Positions 35,824 to 45,404 of a stretch of DNA of 64,000 bases are shown piece by piece. Made by a program: the position numbers and the translations under genes. Numbering within the stretch: the first letter of the stretch is position 1; each line of letters starts with the position of its first letter. Source of the DNA: a virus (taxonomy: Duplodnaviria > Heunggongvirae > Uroviricota > Caudoviricetes). The stretch lies in the IMG/VR virus record IMGVR_UViG_3300028898_000252, positions 285,946-349,945 of that record, one strand, 5' to 3'. Under the pieces are notes generated by a model, which saw only the letters and a list, made by a program, of their open reading frames with translations, ran no database searches and was not told the DNA's origin.

Positions 35824-35947
35824 TTCTATGTTCTCTTTGATTCTGCCGTTTTCAATAATATGAACCGTTCCAACAAACTCTTTTGGAATTCTTTCTTTTG
35901 ATGTTAAAAACAGCGTCTTTTCATTTTCTGGGTATCCTCTTAAACTA

Positions 35948-36379
35948 TCACCAAAAAAACAACGTTTTGGATTTGTCTAATATTGAAATGTAGCGTGTAA
36001 CAGGTGATTTAGAGCGACCAGGTTCTTTTAAATTGAATTTTGTGGTTACAAAGTCTGGTTTAATTTGATAATCATATTCTTCATATTCAAAGTCATTTTT
36101 TGAATTTGGTTCAAGCGAACCGAGTTTTATTTCGGTAATTTTATCTGTGGAACCAAGAAGTATCATTTTAATATTTGTGTCAGGATCGGGTTCACAATGT
36201 CCATTGCTGAAATAAATCATTTTTGCTGTGTTGTCGCGCGGAATGCTCCATCCAGTATTTGTTTTTGGATTATACTCTTTTTCGGGATGTTTAAGAATCC
36301 AATTTATAAAATCTTGTCTTGTATTAAACTCCCTAACAAAATCAACAACATCTTCGTCTGTTTTGATGAACTTATTCAT
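35948..36379 (-). CDS. Stand-alone copy of the EYNxxTxTGW domain
   Basis: DFINWILKHPEKEYNPKTNTGW. Confidence 0.7.
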   Translation of the reverse strand: MNKFIKTDEDVVDFVREFNTRQDFINWILKHPEKEYNPKTNTGWSIPRDNTAKMIYFSNGHCEPDPDTNIKMILLGSTDKITEIKLGSLEPNSKNDFEYEEYDYQIKPDFVTTKFNLKEPGRSKSPVTRYISILDKSKTLFFW

Positions 36380-37437
36380 TGGATGATTCCTCCTCCGACA
36401 ACATGTTTATCATGTTTGTAAAACACGATCGATTGCCCTTTTGACACACCATAAACAGGTGTTTCGAATTCAACAAGGAAAGTACCATCTTCATTCTTTA
36501 CAAGAGATTTAACTCTCACCGCGTCGGTTTGATACCTACAAACCGCATAAAGATCCTCGATCCGAAAGTCTGTATCGTGAAATTCAACGTTTTTAATTTG
36601 AAATGAATTGAAATAAATATCATTGTGATCGCCCGCAACAACCGTATTAGAATCAGAAAGAACCTTGAGAGCATATTTTGGTTTTCCATCTTTCGAGGAA
36701 ATGGGCAACCTCTGCCCAACAACAACCCTAGATAGCCCGCCGTGGTTTCCTAGTTTATTTCCGCTTTGATCCACGATCGCGCCTGCGGCGATCCCCACGC
36801 CACGAGCAGAGAGATAATCGCTTGCCCGTTTACCTTCGAGGAAACAAAGATCAACGCTGTCAGGCTTTTTGGCAATATGAATTCCCATCTCTTCTGCAAG
36901 TTTTCTTACTTCAGGTTTTGTCATCTTTCCAAGAGGGAACAAAAGTCTTGAAAGAATATTTTTGGGAATATCCCAAAGAAAATAACTTTGATCTTTTGAT
37001 CGATCATCTCCTCTTGTAAGCAATCCATTTTCAATGTTTGCATAATGTCCAGTGGACACATAATCTGCTTTATATTGAATTGCCGCTTGAACCAGCGAAG
37101 GAATTTTAATAAGGTTATTACAGGTTACACAAGGATTAACAACTTCTCCATTCTTATGTCCTTCGATATATTTATTGATAACTTCCGAAGCAAAAGATTT
37201 TCTTCTCGAAAACACAAGGTGTTCGATTCCAAGAAGATCGCAAACTTGTGTTGCGTCAATTGTATCGGAGAAGGAACAACATCCTTTTCCGTCTTCAGAC
37301 GCATATGCAAACAAGGACAAAGTTACCCCGATTACTTCGTATCCCTGTTGTTTTAATAGTGCCGCTGCAACAGCGGAATCAATCCCACCCGACAAACCAA
37401 CAATTACTTTGCCCTTGTTTTGTCCTGCGGATCGCAT
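36376..37437 (-). CDS. mnmA: tRNA U34 2-thiouridylase MnmA
   Basis: SGGIDS PP-loop, GCCS, NPCVTCN, TGHYA, KDQSYFL, KPDSVDLCF, GQSIVFY; start reassigned to ATG 37437. Confidence 0.96.
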   Translation of the reverse strand: MRSAGQNKGKVIVGLSGGIDSAVAAALLKQQGYEVIGVTLSLFAYASEDGKGCCSFSDTIDATQVCDLLGIEHLVFSRRKSFASEVINKYIEGHKNGEVVNPCVTCNNLIKIPSLVQAAIQYKADYVSTGHYANIENGLLTRGDDRSKDQSYFLWDIPKNILSRLLFPLGKMTKPEVRKLAEEMGIHIAKKPDSVDLCFLEGKRASDYLSARGVGIAAGAIVDQSGNKLGNHGGLSRVVVGQRLPISSKDGKPKYALKVLSDSNTVVAGDHNDIYFNSFQIKNVEFHDTDFRIEDLYAVCRYQTDAVRVKSLVKNEDGTFLVEFETPVYGVSKGQSIVFYKHDKHVVGGGIIQ

Positions 37438-37443
37438 ATTACC

Positions 37444-37472
37444 GTGATAAGCCCCGCGAGCGGGGCTGTCAA
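37444..37472 (-). promoter_or_regulatory. sigma70-like promoter with palindromic spacer; probable leaderless mnmA mRNA
   Basis: TTGACA-GCCCCGCTCGCGGGGCT-TATCAC-6 nt-ATG. Confidence 0.7.
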
Positions 37473-37490
37473 CGACAAGAGTCAAATATT

Positions 37491-37982
37491 TTATTCTTGA
37501 AACAATTCATCTTTAAAATTTATTCGAAAGTTTTTTGGAAATTCTTGAACTCCAAAAGTTTCACATAATTCTTTTTGATAAAAAATACCCGTGGCGCAAT
37601 ACTGATCTGAATTTACAGTTCTTGAATTAAAGATAAAAACATGATATTCTTTTATTCCCCTATCAACTGTTAAAAACTTTGATAATATGTTTAAGTCTGC
37701 CCTTTTTATATCTGTTCTTGATAAAAAGGCAAGAGCGTCAACGTAAAAATAAACACGATAGTAAGAATCATATAATATATCAACCGACATAGCTTTGAAT
37801 ATTTTGTTTTGAATTAAATCATAGTTTCTTGAAACAAGAGATTCTTTTGACTCAAGGCAAATACCATCTTTCTCTAAGATGGTAATAGATTTTTCAATGT
37901 TTAGGTTAAGAAACTTTGATTTTGTTCCAAGTTTTAAGTCTGCAAGGACCTTTTCTTTCACTTCTTCGTTTTTAAGATTCAT
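37491..37982 (-). CDS. Hypothetical protein (paralogue of 37991)
   Basis: DLKLGTKSKFLN vs DLELKENSKLIN. Confidence 0.75.
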   Translation of the reverse strand: MNLKNEEVKEKVLADLKLGTKSKFLNLNIEKSITILEKDGICLESKESLVSRNYDLIQNKIFKAMSVDILYDSYYRVYFYVDALAFLSRTDIKRADLNILSKFLTVDRGIKEYHVFIFNSRTVNSDQYCATGIFYQKELCETFGVQEFPKNFRINFKDELFQE

Positions 37983-37990
37983 GGTCTTTC

Positions 37991-38464
37991 TTATTCTCGA
38001 TATGGATAAACGGTTACAGACTTTGGATAAGCAAACCTATTGTTAAACACAGCTGAAATTTCACTTTCAAGAACATTTGTTCTTGCACTATAAAAATTTG
38101 CAGAAATGTTATATGAACGAAATTCTAGTATTAGAACCTCCATTATTTTAGTTTCCATCAAACAAGGAATTGTTCCAAATTCTTTTTCCTTTTCAAAAGA
38201 AAAACTTTTTGGTTCAAAACCAAAAGAAACACGAACAACGGGGTTATACATCATTCCACCTATTTTTATTTCGCATAAATTGTTAATCTTCAACATTTCT
38301 AAGAAATTATTCAATATATTTTCTTTTGTATTTAAAACAATAAACTTCTTTTCTATTTCTTTAAGTTTGTTGTCAATAAGAAAGTTAATAAGTTTTGAAT
38401 TTTCTTTCAATTCAAGGTCTTTTTTAATTTTTTGCTCTAAGCTCATTAACTCATCACTATACAT
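37991..38464 (-). CDS. Hypothetical protein (paralogue of 37491)
   Basis: 157 aa ORF. Confidence 0.75.
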   Translation of the reverse strand: MYSDELMSLEQKIKKDLELKENSKLINFLIDNKLKEIEKKFIVLNTKENILNNFLEMLKINNLCEIKIGGMMYNPVVRVSFGFEPKSFSFEKEKEFGTIPCLMETKIMEVLILEFRSYNISANFYSARTNVLESEISAVFNNRFAYPKSVTVYPYRE

Positions 38465-38615
38465 TTTAGAATTACCTACAGTCGACGTTTGCTTTCTGGC
38501 GTGAGTTTGTCGGTTTCCTATTCAGGAATAAACTGGAAAAGCTTGTGGGGAATCTGAAAAGGTATCCTCGAAGGGATTGATGCTCAAGTCTTTGGTTTTG
38601 TTGCCCCGAAAACCC

Positions 38616-38644
38616 TCTATTGGTTCTTTAACCACAACCGTCAA
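38616..38644 (-). promoter_or_regulatory. Possible sigma70-like promoter
   Basis: TTGACG-N17-AATAGA in a 320-bp intergenic gap. Confidence 0.4.
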
Positions 38645-38785
38645 GTAGACATTACTTTTTGCCTGTCGCTTTCTTTGTGGTCACTACACTAAGAGGGTCT
38701 GGGAGAGAAAGGTTAGTTTAGAGCTAATAGAAAAGAAGTATTCAATACTTTCTTCTGTTTTCAAGACTTAACCAAGGAGATAACC

Positions 38786-38974
38786 TTATGAGGTCTTCCT
38801 CTTATCTCTTTTCAAGAGAAAGAACCAGATACAAAGCAATAGAATACCTCCAGTAAACAAAGAAAAGTTATCATTTAAATAACCAAACACTAAAAACAAA
38901 ACCGTAAACAAGAAATACAAACCGAGAACAATTATCATTCCCATAATAACCATTAGAGCGAAGAGTCTTTCCAT
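38786..38974 (-). CDS. Small 2-TM membrane protein
   Basis: 62 aa, two hydrophobic stretches, basic tail. Confidence 0.7.
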   Translation of the reverse strand: MERLFALMVIMGMIIVLGLYFLFTVLFLVFGYLNDNFSLFTGGILLLCIWFFLLKRDKRKTS

Positions 38975-38980
38975 TTTCTT

Positions 38981-39355
38981 TTATTCTCCTTTTTTGAGTT
39001 CTATTTCTTCTTCTTTTATTCCGAGTTTGTCTTTGATTTGACAAAGAGTTTTGTGCGAGGCAGAAAGATTAAAATTAATCTTTGATTCAAAAACAACAAT
39101 GTCTGGATCGCTATCGTATGGTTTGACAGAGCTATTATAAAGCCTAAGAACTTCAGGATAGTTTTGCTTGTCATATTCTTGAATGAGTTTTAGAAGAGAT
39201 TCTTTCTTATTCTCATTTGCGAGAATGATTTCAATATCTGAATTTATCATTTCAAGAGAAAATCCTGCGGCATGACAAAAAGCATCTTCTTTTGTGAAAT
39301 AAGAACTTATAACTTCTTTGTTTACTAATCCGATTAGGGATACAACAAATGACAT
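38981..39355 (-). CDS. Hypothetical protein
   Basis: 124 aa ORF in operon. Confidence 0.7.
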   Translation of the reverse strand: MSFVVSLIGLVNKEVISSYFTKEDAFCHAAGFSLEMINSDIEIILANENKKESLLKLIQEYDKQNYPEVLRLYNSSVKPYDSDPDIVVFESKINFNLSASHKTLCQIKDKLGIKEEEIELKKGE

Positions 39356-39356
39356 T

Positions 39357-39629
39357 TTAGTTTCTCATTCTTTCTCTTATCCAAGTTGCAAGCGCGAGTT
39401 TTGTGTTTTTAATACATAAAACATGGCCGTTAAGAACGGCAACTAATACTTGTTTATCATTTTCATAAAGATCAATTTTTTTGACAGGTTTTCCTTCTGC
39501 AATATAAACACTCATGAGTCGGTCATAAAGACCTTTAAGATTTTCGTGTTGAGCAGAGATGGAATTCTTTTCAACAGACTTGAACCCAAACTCATCCTTT
39601 GTTTCTACTTCGAACTTCATTGTCCACAT
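39357..39629 (-). CDS. Hypothetical protein
   Basis: 90 aa, AAGGAG RBS. Confidence 0.7.
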   Translation of the reverse strand: MWTMKFEVETKDEFGFKSVEKNSISAQHENLKGLYDRLMSVYIAEGKPVKKIDLYENDKQVLVAVLNGHVLCIKNTKLALATWIRERMRN

Positions 39630-39650
39630 TGTTTTATTTCTCCTTGACTG

Positions 39651-40025
39651 TTAGCCGATCTCTTCATTGTATTTTATCTTTATTAGCTTAAACAAGCGAC
39701 TAAAAAGATTATTATGTACCATCCCAGAAATAATAGGAAATTCTTGAATTCCTTGGTTTTCTGTAAGGAACTTAAGCCAATATAAGTTATGTTTGCCTTT
39801 TTCTTTTCCAAGAAACAAAGCTTCGTCGACTAACGATCCTAATATTTCTTGGTCAAAACAAATTCCTTCTATATACCAATACTCAAGATTTATTCTCAGT
39901 TTTGTTTTATCTGAAAAAACTATTGCAGGACCATCTATTCGATGGAGTTTGCCTTCTTTATACCATCTTTCGGTCCCATCTAATGCTTTATAATATCCGT
40001 TGTAGCCTTTTTTATCATTTCCCAT
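39651..40025 (-). CDS. HRxDGPA-repeat protein with FLGKEKGK cap
   Basis: KLHRIDGPA; FLGKEKGKHNLYWLKFLT..EFPII. Confidence 0.85.
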   Translation of the reverse strand: MGNDKKGYNGYYKALDGTERWYKEGKLHRIDGPAIVFSDKTKLRINLEYWYIEGICFDQEILGSLVDEALFLGKEKGKHNLYWLKFLTENQGIQEFPIISGMVHNNLFSRLFKLIKIKYNEEIG

Positions 40026-40042
40026 TTGGGTTTGTTTCTTTT

Positions 40043-40426
40043 CTACTTGTTTAATACATCGCAGCCATGTTCTTTTTTAAGAAGAAGAAATGCCTCAATA
40101 AAATAAGGATCTTGAGTCATCCCAGGAATAATAGGGAATTCGTAAATTCCATCTTCTTTTAGAAACTTTAACCATTCAAGATCGAATTTTCCCTTTTCTT
40201 TTCCAAGAAATACTGACTCTCCAATTACTTGTCTGAGATAACCAAAAGAGATATATTTGCCTTCAAGGTGCCAACACAAATCATTCTCTGAATATATTTC
40301 AGCTGGTCCATTTGTTCGATGAAGTTCACCATTTTTATACCATTTTTTAACTTGATTAGGATATTCTACTATTCCTGTGAAGTCTTCTGGTAAAAGTTCT
40401 AATTTTTTTAGTTTTAGAATTTTCAT
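40043..40426 (-). CDS. HRxDGPA-repeat protein with FLGKEKGK cap
   Basis: ELHRTNGPA; same cap. Confidence 0.85.
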   Translation of the reverse strand: MKILKLKKLELLPEDFTGIVEYPNQVKKWYKNGELHRTNGPAEIYSENDLCWHLEGKYISFGYLRQVIGESVFLGKEKGKFDLEWLKFLKEDGIYEFPIIPGMTQDPYFIEAFLLLKKEHGCDVLNK

Positions 40427-40432
40427 TTTAGT

Positions 40433-40939
40433 TTATCTTATAAACCCCTTTAAAACAAAAGAAAGTTTCGCATATGTGTCCATTCCAGGAATAATAGGAA
40501 ATTCTTGAATTCCTTGGTTTTCTGTAAGGAACTTAAGCCAATATAAGTCATACTTACCTTTCTCTTTTCCAAGAAAAAGATTTTCTTCTCTTAACCTTAA
40601 TAAGATTGTTGAATTATAATTTTTTCCATCAATCCACCAATGATTTCTTCCATCTGAAGACTCAACCGCTGGTCCATCTATTCGGTGTAGTAATCCACTA
40701 ACCCACCATTCTTTATGACCATTTATGTCTTCAAAAGCTGGCCCGTCTAGTCTATGGAGAACTCCATCAATTCTCCATTCTTTATATCCGTTTAATGATT
40801 CAACAGCGGGTCCGTCTTCTCGGTGCTTTATTCCCTCTTTAAAAAAAATAATGCGGTTATTAAATTCAACAACTCCACTAAACTTTGCGATGAGTAAAGG
40901 CCAAAATTCTTTTTCATCTTTACAATGAATTATTTCCAT
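40433..40939 (-). CDS. HRxDGPA-repeat protein (3 repeats) with FLGKEKGK cap
   Basis: HREDGPA, HRLDGPA, HRIDGPA. Confidence 0.85.
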   Translation of the reverse strand: MEIIHCKDEKEFWPLLIAKFSGVVEFNNRIIFFKEGIKHREDGPAVESLNGYKEWRIDGVLHRLDGPAFEDINGHKEWWVSGLLHRIDGPAVESSDGRNHWWIDGKNYNSTILLRLREENLFLGKEKGKYDLYWLKFLTENQGIQEFPIIPGMDTYAKLSFVLKGFIR

Positions 40940-41697
40940 TTATTTTTTTCATAAACTCCTTTTTCAAGATTTTGCTCTTTCACAAAGTTAATTGCATCTC
41001 TATTCGGGAGACCCAAAACAATATTTTCTTCCAAAACCTGGAACTTGTTTACATAAACAAAAATTGATTCAAAGAAGTCCCATATCGCATTAATTTTCGA
41101 TTCACAAACCTCTTGCAAGAACTTTTCTTTCTCTCCTGGGAAATAATGCTCTCGAAAAGATCCGTTATATTTTCCTTCTTTTTCGATCCATACTTCTCCT
41201 CCTCTTCTTTTCCAAGAAGACAAAAGGAAATCATTTTCATATTCAGTATGAATACCTTTCCTTTCGGGAAAAGTTTCCAAAACAGTTCTTCTATCTTTCT
41301 CTTGTACTTGACGACCAAACAGATAAATAACCCACCCAGTTTTTGAACGAAAAGAAACATTTTCATTTCCATATTTGTTGGCGAGGAATATATACCAATC
41401 AGGTTTGTGTTCATCTCTAAGTTGAAAAAAACAATCTTCAACATCTTGATGAGTTCTTCCATTATATTTAGAATCAATTTTCGTAAGAGACATAATATGT
41501 CTTTCTTTTACCCAAAATTTTTCTCCGCTAGGAGATTTAAGAAAATATGTTTCATCAATTCCATATTCCGTTTTGTGATCCAAAACCACAAATGTATCGC
41601 AAATATCTTTATAGTCCGCCGTTCCATTTGCAAAATACTTCCAGGCTCGGTATTTGATAACATAGCTACAGTTTTTTTCGAAGATAGATTTAGACAT
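40930..41697 (-). CDS. Hypothetical protein (paralogue of 49917)
   Basis: KPDWYIFLANKYG / KINAIW / NIVLGLP matched by similar segments in 49917. Confidence 0.75.
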   Translation of the reverse strand: MSKSIFEKNCSYVIKYRAWKYFANGTADYKDICDTFVVLDHKTEYGIDETYFLKSPSGEKFWVKERHIMSLTKIDSKYNGRTHQDVEDCFFQLRDEHKPDWYIFLANKYGNENVSFRSKTGWVIYLFGRQVQEKDRRTVLETFPERKGIHTEYENDFLLSSWKRRGGEVWIEKEGKYNGSFREHYFPGEKEKFLQEVCESKINAIWDFFESIFVYVNKFQVLEENIVLGLPNRDAINFVKEQNLEKGVYEKNKWK

Positions 41698-41721
41698 TTC
41701 AAATGTCTTTCTTGATTAGAG

Positions 41722-42000
41722 TTATGATTGTTTTTCTATTGCGAGAATATCTCCGTTTATGTTTTGAACGGCAACAAAACCTTGCATCGGAATAATAACA
41801 TCTTCGAGAGAGATAAGTTCATTTTTAAGAAACCACTTTGATTCATAGTTTTGAATATCGTTTAGTAATATCCAACTAGAATAAGACCATCTTTTATGAT
41901 CTTTGTCTATTGCATAATTTGTTTGAAGAGCATAAACAATTCTTTTGTGTTCTTCTCTATTCGCCAAGATTACCTCCACACGGAGACCATTTCCATTCAC
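41722..42000 (-). CDS. Hypothetical protein
   Basis: 92 aa ORF. Confidence 0.6.
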   Translation of the reverse strand: MNGNGLRVEVILANREEHKRIVYALQTNYAIDKDHKRWSYSSWILLNDIQNYESKWFLKNELISLEDVIIPMQGFVAVQNINGDILAIEKQS

Positions 42001-42292
42001 CCAAATAAGACTTTAAACAAATTCTTATCATTGTGCCGCCCTTAAATTCAGCTGCGTGCATCAAGTTTCCATCGGGGCTATAAGCATACATAATATAGTT
42101 TCCGTCATCTTCAATACAATACTTTTCTGTATTAACAACATCCCCAGAAAACTGAACAAGGAAAGGAATCGAAACATCATTTACTTTTCTAAAATAGAAA
42201 GATTCTTTTGGGTATCCTTTCAACTCATGTTCTTTACAAGAATATCTCTTGTCTTTTGACATTTCTTTTTTTGTGAACTTTGGAGTATTCAT
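41957..42292 (-). CDS. Hypothetical protein (start uncertain)
   Basis: MNTPKF start, coupled to the upstream stop. Confidence 0.55.
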   Translation of the reverse strand: MNTPKFTKKEMSKDKRYSCKEHELKGYPKESFYFRKVNDVSIPFLVQFSGDVVNTEKYCIEDDGNYIMYAYSPDGNLMHAAEFKGGTMIRICLKSYLGEWKWSPCGGNLGE

Positions 42293-42433
42293 ACATTTAT
42301 TCCTTGAAACCAAGGTGCCATTATCAAAAGATAAAACAGAAACCAACAAGTAAATACCAGCCAAACATAGTTGTAAACACTCTCGCAAACTTTATCAAAC
42401 AGCGAATAGGTTTCGAGTTCTTTCATGGCGGTT

Positions 42434-42988
42434 TTACTCGATTGATGAGGGAAGTTCTTGATCAGAAGAAAATTTATCAACAACAACTTCTTTTATTTCA
42501 AGAACAAATGCGTCATATTCATGTGTTTCACTGAAATCATCATAAAACACACAAAAAAACGGAGAGAAATAAGAACTATCATTTCGCCTATAATAGTCAT
42601 CAACATCAAAATTCTCAGTTTCTTGCAGTGTTTCAGAAATATTCTGAATAATTTCATTTACTTTTTTAACATCAAAGTTATCACTAAAAGAATTATTGTA
42701 TGTTTCCTTCAAAAACTTAACAACAACTTCAATACTTTCTGTTATAAAAATTTGTTCTCCAGACAGAAAGAAATCATTTTCTTTTCTATCGTTAAGTTCT
42801 TCAATGAAAATTTTATAAAGATTATAAATACCTTCTTTAATTTTCAAAACCGCGGCATCAATAGCAAATGTCTCTTTTGAAAAAAGACCAAGATCAATAA
42901 CTTCCGATTGATAGAAATCAGCAATGTAAGATACTGCAACTAATTTTGCTTCGAAATTATAGGTTGTTTGCAAGTCGTTATTTGCCAT
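42434..42988 (-). CDS. Paralogue family B protein
   Basis: DLGLFSKETFA..LKETYN..SPFF..LEIKEVVVD. Confidence 0.75.
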   Translation of the reverse strand: MANNDLQTTYNFEAKLVAVSYIADFYQSEVIDLGLFSKETFAIDAAVLKIKEGIYNLYKIFIEELNDRKENDFFLSGEQIFITESIEVVVKFLKETYNNSFSDNFDVKKVNEIIQNISETLQETENFDVDDYYRRNDSSYFSPFFCVFYDDFSETHEYDAFVLEIKEVVVDKFSSDQELPSSIE

Positions 42989-43088
42989 TACAAGCTCCTT
43001 TTAGGGAATTGGTGGTGCTTCGGCGGTTCAATGCACATAAACCCGCCGCGGAGACTTGTAAAGGTAGAATCGGAATTTATTTAAACTT

Positions 43089-43604
43089 TTAAAGTTTATC
43101 TGGAAGTTCTTCTCCTGAATTTTCTTCAGGAACTTGATCAATAAGTTTTTCTTCTATAACAAGAACAAATTTTTCGGGGCTAAAATAATTTTCTCTTACA
43201 TCAAAGAGATGTAGAAAAGGAGTCCATTTTTCGACAGAAAAATAGCTAAATTCTTTTGTTGCTATTTTTTGTTTAATCTCTGTCGAAACTTTATAGATGA
43301 TATCATTAATTTCTTCATGAGACATATCTTCTTTAAGAGAATTATAGGTTTCTTTTAAAAAATTCTTTAATTCTTTTACTTTGCTATATCCTTGATAGGA
43401 AGGATCGTTATATTTAGTAAAAATTGGAAGCTCTTTGTGGATACGAACAATTGATTTTTTTAGTTTGTTCGCGGCAAATTCTAAAGCAAAAGACTTTTTT
43501 GAAAAAGTTCCAACATCGATTTTATAAGACTGACCCATGTATGAATGTAATTTTGACATAAAATAAGTTTCATAAACTGCTGTTGGGATTAGGAGATCAC
43601 TCAT
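43089..43604 (-). CDS. Paralogue family B protein
   Basis: DVGTFSKKSFA..LKETYN..TPFL..LVIEEKLID. Confidence 0.75.
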   Translation of the reverse strand: MSDLLIPTAVYETYFMSKLHSYMGQSYKIDVGTFSKKSFALEFAANKLKKSIVRIHKELPIFTKYNDPSYQGYSKVKELKNFLKETYNSLKEDMSHEEINDIIYKVSTEIKQKIATKEFSYFSVEKWTPFLHLFDVRENYFSPEKFVLVIEEKLIDQVPEENSGEELPDKL

Positions 43605-43614
43605 TTTGTTTTCC

Positions 43615-44274
43615 TTACCAAAGGTATTTTCTGGCCTTCATTAGTTTAACGAGCATTTCTTCATCTTTTTTGTCAATTTTTTCTTCCAGTTCATCTGCGA
43701 TTTTTCGTAACCTTGTTTCTTCTGGATCTCTTGGTTTTGGAGTTGTTCCATCATTTTCAATGATTTTATCTGTAAAATACTTATGCCAAGCATTATCGGC
43801 ATCATCTAATTCTTTTTTAGCTTTTGGTCTTTCAACCATAAACCATTCATAAACATCAACAATGTTTCTTCTTTCATCTCGGTCGGTTTCGAGATGAAGC
43901 TCTTGAACCTCGACAAAGCGTTTAAAGTTTTCAATTCCTCCGTGGCGAACTTCAACAAACAACTTTAAGATATTAATACACGCATATAAGAGTTTTGAAT
44001 CTTCGCTAAAAAGAATGCCTCCGTTATCTTCGTGAGTTAAATCAAGTAAATGATCCTTTTTTATGTGTTTTGAAACAAAGTCATATTTCATGTTCGAAAC
44101 TTTTCTTTTAATAAAATCAACCTTTGATGGAAGTATTTCCGACAAGAAATATCTGACAGGATATGCCTGTTTAGCATCTCTTTCCCAATCTTCCCATGTA
44201 TAATCATCTTTTTTACAAAAGGGTTTCATTGGAAGAGCAGCAGGTTTTCCTGGGACTTTAAACGGGTTTTTCAT
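43615..44274 (-). CDS. Hypothetical phage protein
   Basis: MKNPFK start; C-terminal DEEMLVKLMKARKYLW. Confidence 0.75.
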   Translation of the reverse strand: MKNPFKVPGKPAALPMKPFCKKDDYTWEDWERDAKQAYPVRYFLSEILPSKVDFIKRKVSNMKYDFVSKHIKKDHLLDLTHEDNGGILFSEDSKLLYACINILKLFVEVRHGGIENFKRFVEVQELHLETDRDERRNIVDVYEWFMVERPKAKKELDDADNAWHKYFTDKIIENDGTTPKPRDPEETRLRKIADELEEKIDKKDEEMLVKLMKARKYLW

Positions 44275-44290
44275 GTTATTGTCTTTGTTG

Positions 44291-44803
44291 TTATGTCCAC
44301 GTTTCACAGCTGCGACGAGATTTAATATCCAGAATACTTTTTATTTCTTCGACCCACTCTGAAATAAGCATTGAATCCAAAACAGATCCTTCTTCTAGTT
44401 CTTCAAGAAAATTATCTAACCTACACCGCCACATTGAACTTGGCCTTGTTTTTCTTTCAAGAAAAATATCGCCGAAAGTATTCTTTTCTGGATCTAGTCC
44501 CAAATAAAAAAGATCGTGATAAGATTCGTTTGCACTTTCGAAGTAACCCAACATTCTTGGAATATCACTTAAACAAGGAAAACCTGGAAGGTCCGTTCCA
44601 TATATGGAAAGCAAATATTCTGGTGCACAAATCTCGGGATTTTCTTCGCACCAATCATCGTGGCAATGAGAATTATAAGAGGCACAAACATCAATTAGTT
44701 CCTCATAAGTTCGAATGTTAAATGGCTCCAAAAGATCCAACAACCTGCTATATTCAGCAGGTTTTTTTAGTTTCATCCACTCAACACCACCGTCGGCACC
44801 CAT
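44291..44803 (-). CDS. Hypothetical protein
   Basis: 170 aa, AAGGA RBS. Confidence 0.75.
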   Translation of the reverse strand: MGADGGVEWMKLKKPAEYSRLLDLLEPFNIRTYEELIDVCASYNSHCHDDWCEENPEICAPEYLLSIYGTDLPGFPCLSDIPRMLGYFESANESYHDLFYLGLDPEKNTFGDIFLERKTRPSSMWRCRLDNFLEELEEGSVLDSMLISEWVEEIKSILDIKSRRSCETWT

Positions 44804-45178
44804 TTTTTATTTCCTTTTTTGTTTGAGGTTTCGTAGTTCATAGATCACAGAATTGGCATATCGATAATTTGAACTTCAAATTCATCTACTGTTTTATAAT
44901 TTTCATTTTGAGCAACCAATTTGATTATATTAGTTGGCAATCCTCTGTTAACAACTAAGTTTCGTTCTAAAAACTGACCAACGTTTTCTATTGGCTCAAT
45001 CTTTCCTGGGGCAACTACTTTATTTGCTTGAAGCATTGGCACCTTAAAACCCGAAGTGACTTTCAAATAGTCTGCGGCATAAAGTCCACACTCAATTTTC
45101 GAACAATAATATCCAGAAGACTTCTCCAATTGATTTAATGCATCTTTAATTGTTTCAACGAGGTTTCATACCAAAGTC

Positions 45179-45391
45179 TTACTGTTTCAGTGAATTTAAT
45201 TGGATTAGTTGGGTTTGGAAGGCTAACTTCTTCATAAACTCTTTAATTAATTTTTCTGTTTGACCTTCAGCGACAAACTCTTTAATTAAATTTTCTGTTT
45301 TAAGAGCATATTCGTTTCCAGTATACTTATTAACAATTTTACCAGGACAACGACTCCAGTAATATTTCTTTTGTGTTTCTTTTGTTTCCAT
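45179..45391 (-). CDS. Hypothetical protein with internal TE(N/K)LIKEF duplication
   Basis: 70 aa. Confidence 0.6.
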   Translation of the reverse strand: METKETQKKYYWSRCPGKIVNKYTGNEYALKTENLIKEFVAEGQTEKLIKEFMKKLAFQTQLIQLNSLKQ

Positions 45392-45404
45392 ATTTTTTTA
45401 TATA

